64,000 bases of DNA from Occultella glacieicola (GTDB lineage Bacteria; Actinomycetota; Actinomycetes; Actinomycetales; Beutenbergiaceae), in NCBI RefSeq assembly GCF_004353825.1, contig NZ_SMNA01000005.1, forward strand, positions 372,001 to 436,000, written 5' to 3'. Positions within the stretch are counted from its first letter, which is position 1. Each line of letters opens with the position of its first letter. A program made the translations under genes and the position numbers. Under the pieces are notes generated by a model, which saw only the letters and a list, made by a program, of their open reading frames with translations, did not search any database and was not told where the DNA came from. Shown here piece after piece: positions 61,096-64,000 of the stretch.

Positions 61096-62310
61096 TCAGC
61101 GCGTGCTGAGGTACTGGCGGACCCGCGGCAGCGTGGCCACGGCACCGTTCAGCAGCGCCGTACCGAGCAGCACGATGCCCACGACCCCGAGAGCCCGCTC
61201 CCCGGCTGAGGCGCTCCCACCGGCGCGGCGGGACCGGCCGGCCCGGCGCAACAGTGCCAGCCCGATACCCAGCTCGACCCCCGCGGCAGCGGCCGGCACC
61301 CAGGACCGGCCCACCTCCTCGGCGCTCTCGTAGAGCGCGTATGCTCCGGCCCGGGCCTCGTCGGCAGCGACCTGCGCGGCGCGCCGCATCGCCTCGGTGA
61401 CCGTGATCGGGTCGATCGTGACCACACCCTCCAGGCTGGCGGCGTCCACCTCGTGGTCGAGGAACCCCGTGATCGACGCGGGCAGGCCCAGTGCCGCCAC
61501 CAGGGCGGCAGGTCCGCCGTCGGAGGAGCGCTCGAGCGCCGCGCGTAGGGCCGCCGGGTCCGCTTCCGGGCGCACCACGGCCAGATCCCGGACCAGCGCG
61601 CCGGCGCCGAGCTCGGTGTCGATGAAGGTCGCCACCAGCTCGGCCACCCGGGCCTGCGTGGGCACAGCCGCGAGCGCAGCGTCCCAGGTGAACAGTTGGG
61701 TCCGCTCCGGTGTCTCGATGAGGGCGACCGACGGGAACACGGCGCCGCGTTCGAGCAGCACGGCGGGCAGATGCTCCTCGGCCCAGGTGAGTTCGGTGAG
61801 CACCGCACCGCTCTCGATCAGGACCAGACGGTCGTCGCCGTGCGGGGCCGCGTGCAGGCGCACCCCGGCGGCGGTCGCGAGGGACTCGAGCTGCGGCACG
61901 GTCGCCGGGGTGAGGACCACGGCCCGGTCCGGCACCCGCGCGGAGGCGACGTCGATCTCCGGATCGAACGGGTCGTCGTCGGGCTCCTCCACCCCGTCGC
62001 CCGGCTCGGGCGTGGCGTCGAAGCCGATCTCGTCGAAGCCGACGTAGGCCTGGCACTCGCGGGCGAGCGCCTCCGTGAGTTCGGCGACCTTCGGGCCGGG
62101 GACGATGTGCTTCCCGTCCTCGGCCACGACGGCGACCCGGTCCTCGTCGTCGGTCGCGATCGTCACGGCCACGGCGTACGGGGCCTCGGGGTCGGACTCG
62201 ATCAGCGCGACCACCTGGGCGCCGTCGAGAAAGCCGTGGGCCCGGGCGGCGTGAGGGGTTCGTGCGCTGACGATCCCGGAGCGGCGGCGCCACGTCGGTG
62301 TACTCGTCAT
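61096..62310 (-). CDS. Hypothetical protein with two C-terminal TMs
   Basis: Long GC3-rich ORF; TAGGGT-N7-ATG start. Confidence 0.7.
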   Translation of the reverse strand: MTSTPTWRRRSGIVSARTPHAARAHGFLDGAQVVALIESDPEAPYAVAVTIATDDEDRVAVVAEDGKHIVPGPKVAELTEALARECQAYVGFDEIGFDATPEPGDGVEEPDDDPFDPEIDVASARVPDRAVVLTPATVPQLESLATAAGVRLHAAPHGDDRLVLIESGAVLTELTWAEEHLPAVLLERGAVFPSVALIETPERTQLFTWDAALAAVPTQARVAELVATFIDTELGAGALVRDLAVVRPEADPAALRAALERSSDGGPAALVAALGLPASITGFLDHEVDAASLEGVVTIDPITVTEAMRRAAQVAADEARAGAYALYESAEEVGRSWVPAAAAGVELGIGLALLRRAGRSRRAGGSASAGERALGVVGIVLLGTALLNGAVATLPRVRQYLSTR

Positions 62311-62369
62311 GGTCACGACCCTACCGACCGCGCGGTGTGCCGACACCCGCAACGCCGGGCCCGGCCAGG

Positions 62370-63368
62370 TCAGGCCGACGCGGCGTCACGGCGCTTGCGA
62401 GCGACCTCGTACAGAGCGATCCCGATCGCCGTCCCGGCGTTCAGGGACTCGGTGGACGCCGCGATCGGGATCGAGACGATCAGGTCGCAGGTCTCCCTGA
62501 CCAGGCGGCCCAGGCCCTTCCCCTCGGAGCCGAGCACCAGCACCAGCGGGTCGCCCGCGAGGTCCAGGTCACCGATCTCGGTGGGTCCGTCGCCGTCGAG
62601 GCCGACGACGAAACAGCCGGCCTCCTTGTACATCTCCAGAGCCCTGACCAGATTCGTCGCGCGGGCGACCGGTATCCGGGCAGCGGCCCCTGCCGAGACC
62701 TTCCAGGCCGACGCCGTGACCCCGGCCGCACGCCGCTGCGGGACCACGAGCCCGTCCACACCGAACGCACCGGCGCTGCGCAGGGCGGCCCCGAGGTTGC
62801 GCGGGTCGGTGATGCCGTCCAGCGCGACGATCAGCGGGGTCCGCCCGTTGCCCGTGGCGAGGTCGAGGAGCGCCTCCGGTTCGGCGTAGGAGTACGCCGG
62901 GACCTGGATGGCCACCCCCTGGTGCACGCCGCCGTCGGTGAGCCGGTCCAGCTCGGCCTTGGAGACCTCCAGCAGCGGCAGCGAGCGGGCGGTCACCTCG
63001 CGCAGGATGTCCCGGATCCGGTCATCGGAGTCGATCCGGCTGGACAGGTACACCGTGGAGACCGGGATGTCCGCCCGCAGCGCCTCCACCACCGAGTTCC
63101 GGCCGCCGACGATCTCGTGGCTCTTCGCACCGGACCGACCTTGCGAGCGGTTCTGGGACCTGCCCTGCCCGCCGCGGCCGCCCTTGCCGGCGTCGCGCTC
63201 GGAGGAAGCCTTCCGCTTGGCGGCCGGGTGGTAGGGCCGGTCCTCCGCCTTCGGGGTGGGCCCCCGGCCCTCGAGGGCCTGCCTGCCGTGGCCGCCGGTT
63301 CCGACCCGGGCACCCTTCTTGGAGCCCGGCTTGCGCACGGCCCCCTGACGTCGAGAGTTACCGGCCAC
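62370..63368 (-). CDS. rlmB: 23S rRNA (guanosine-2251-2'-O)-methyltransferase
   Basis: HQGV, DPRNLGA, GSEGKG, ESLNA; follows cysS. Confidence 0.92.
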   Translation of the reverse strand: MAGNSRRQGAVRKPGSKKGARVGTGGHGRQALEGRGPTPKAEDRPYHPAAKRKASSERDAGKGGRGGQGRSQNRSQGRSGAKSHEIVGGRNSVVEALRADIPVSTVYLSSRIDSDDRIRDILREVTARSLPLLEVSKAELDRLTDGGVHQGVAIQVPAYSYAEPEALLDLATGNGRTPLIVALDGITDPRNLGAALRSAGAFGVDGLVVPQRRAAGVTASAWKVSAGAAARIPVARATNLVRALEMYKEAGCFVVGLDGDGPTEIGDLDLAGDPLVLVLGSEGKGLGRLVRETCDLIVSIPIAASTESLNAGTAIGIALYEVARKRRDAASA

Positions 63369-64000
63369 CTGTGCCACCCTTCACGCTCCACCGGGCTCCG
63401 CCCGGGGAGTCCTCGACAACGATTCCCGCTGCCGTCAGTCGATCCCGCAGCGCGTCCGCACGCGCCCAGTCCTTCTCGGCCCGCGCCTGGACGCGCTCGG
63501 CGAGTACCGCCTGCACGAGGACGCCGAGCGCTTGCTCCGCTCCGCCGTCGGCCGCTTGTGCTCCCGCCCACGGCTGCGCCAACGGGTCCAGTCCGAACAC
63601 GTCCAGCATCGCCCGCACCCGGCCCTGTGCGGCGCGCACCTGCGCCTCGTCCCCGGCGGCCAGGGCGTTGTTGCCGCCGGTCACCTGCTCGTGCACGACG
63701 GCGAGCGCGGCCGAGACGTTCAGGTCGTCGTTCATCGCGGCCGCGAACGCGTCCGGCACCTCGACGCCGGCCACCTCCGCGGGCGTGAGCGCACCGACGA
63801 GCTCCACGGCCCGCTGCACGAACCCGGAGATCCGCTCCCAGGCGGCACCGGACTCGTCGAGGCTGGAGTCGGAGAACTCGAGCGTGGACCGGTAGTGCAC
63901 CGCGGCGAGCGCGTAGCGCAGCACGACCGGTTCACCCCGCTCCAGGACCGCATCGACGGTGAGGGAGTTCCCGAGCGACTTGCTCATCTTCTCCCCACCC
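63358..64000 (-). CDS. cysS: Cysteine--tRNA ligase (3' part; 5' end outside window)
   Basis: KMSKS, HYRS, MNDDLN, ADALRDRL. Confidence 0.95.
   Translation of the reverse strand, partial: GGEKMSKSLGNSLTVDAVLERGEPVVLRYALAAVHYRSTLEFSDSSLDESGAAWERISGFVQRAVELVGALTPAEVAGVEVPDAFAAAMNDDLNVSAALAVVHEQVTGGNNALAAGDEAQVRAAQGRVRAMLDVFGLDPLAQPWAGAQAADGGAEQALGVLVQAVLAERVQARAEKDWARADALRDRLTAAGIVVEDSPGGARWSVKGGTGGR

Overview
High-GC actinobacterial chromosome segment (Micrococcales-like by gene content; genus not determinable) with about 63 protein genes and one tRNA-Thr(TGT). In order it carries: a nanE fragment; an envelope-stress-like block (DUF2807/GIN lipoprotein, TPM-domain protein, PspA, NYN nuclease); an OmpR/PhoP-type two-component system; a complete molybdate-uptake and molybdenum-cofactor gene set in three units (modABC plus regulator, moeB-moeA-moaC-mobA-moaD, mog-moaE-moaA); an orphan WXG100 gene between two HD-like paralogs; groEL with two CIRCE operators; ung; an endolysin-like M23 gene near the tRNA; two dsbA-like genes; a Ser/Thr kinase; otsAB; msiK with its leader RNA motif; a LacI-controlled sugar ABC operon; rlmB; and the 3' part of cysS. 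I found no transposase, integrase, rRNA or CRISPR array. The best candidate for an undescribed system is a two-TM, two-Cys ORF ending in RGPP directly upstream of the tandem dsbA genes, possibly a ribosome-arrest sensor of disulfide formation. Other notable signals are a WYL regulator lacking a canonical start codon, a dispersed ~38-bp REP-like repeat family, a PALFV x5 mini-ORF coupled to mobA, and several candidate operators. All calls come from visual motif recognition; no database search or folding program was run.
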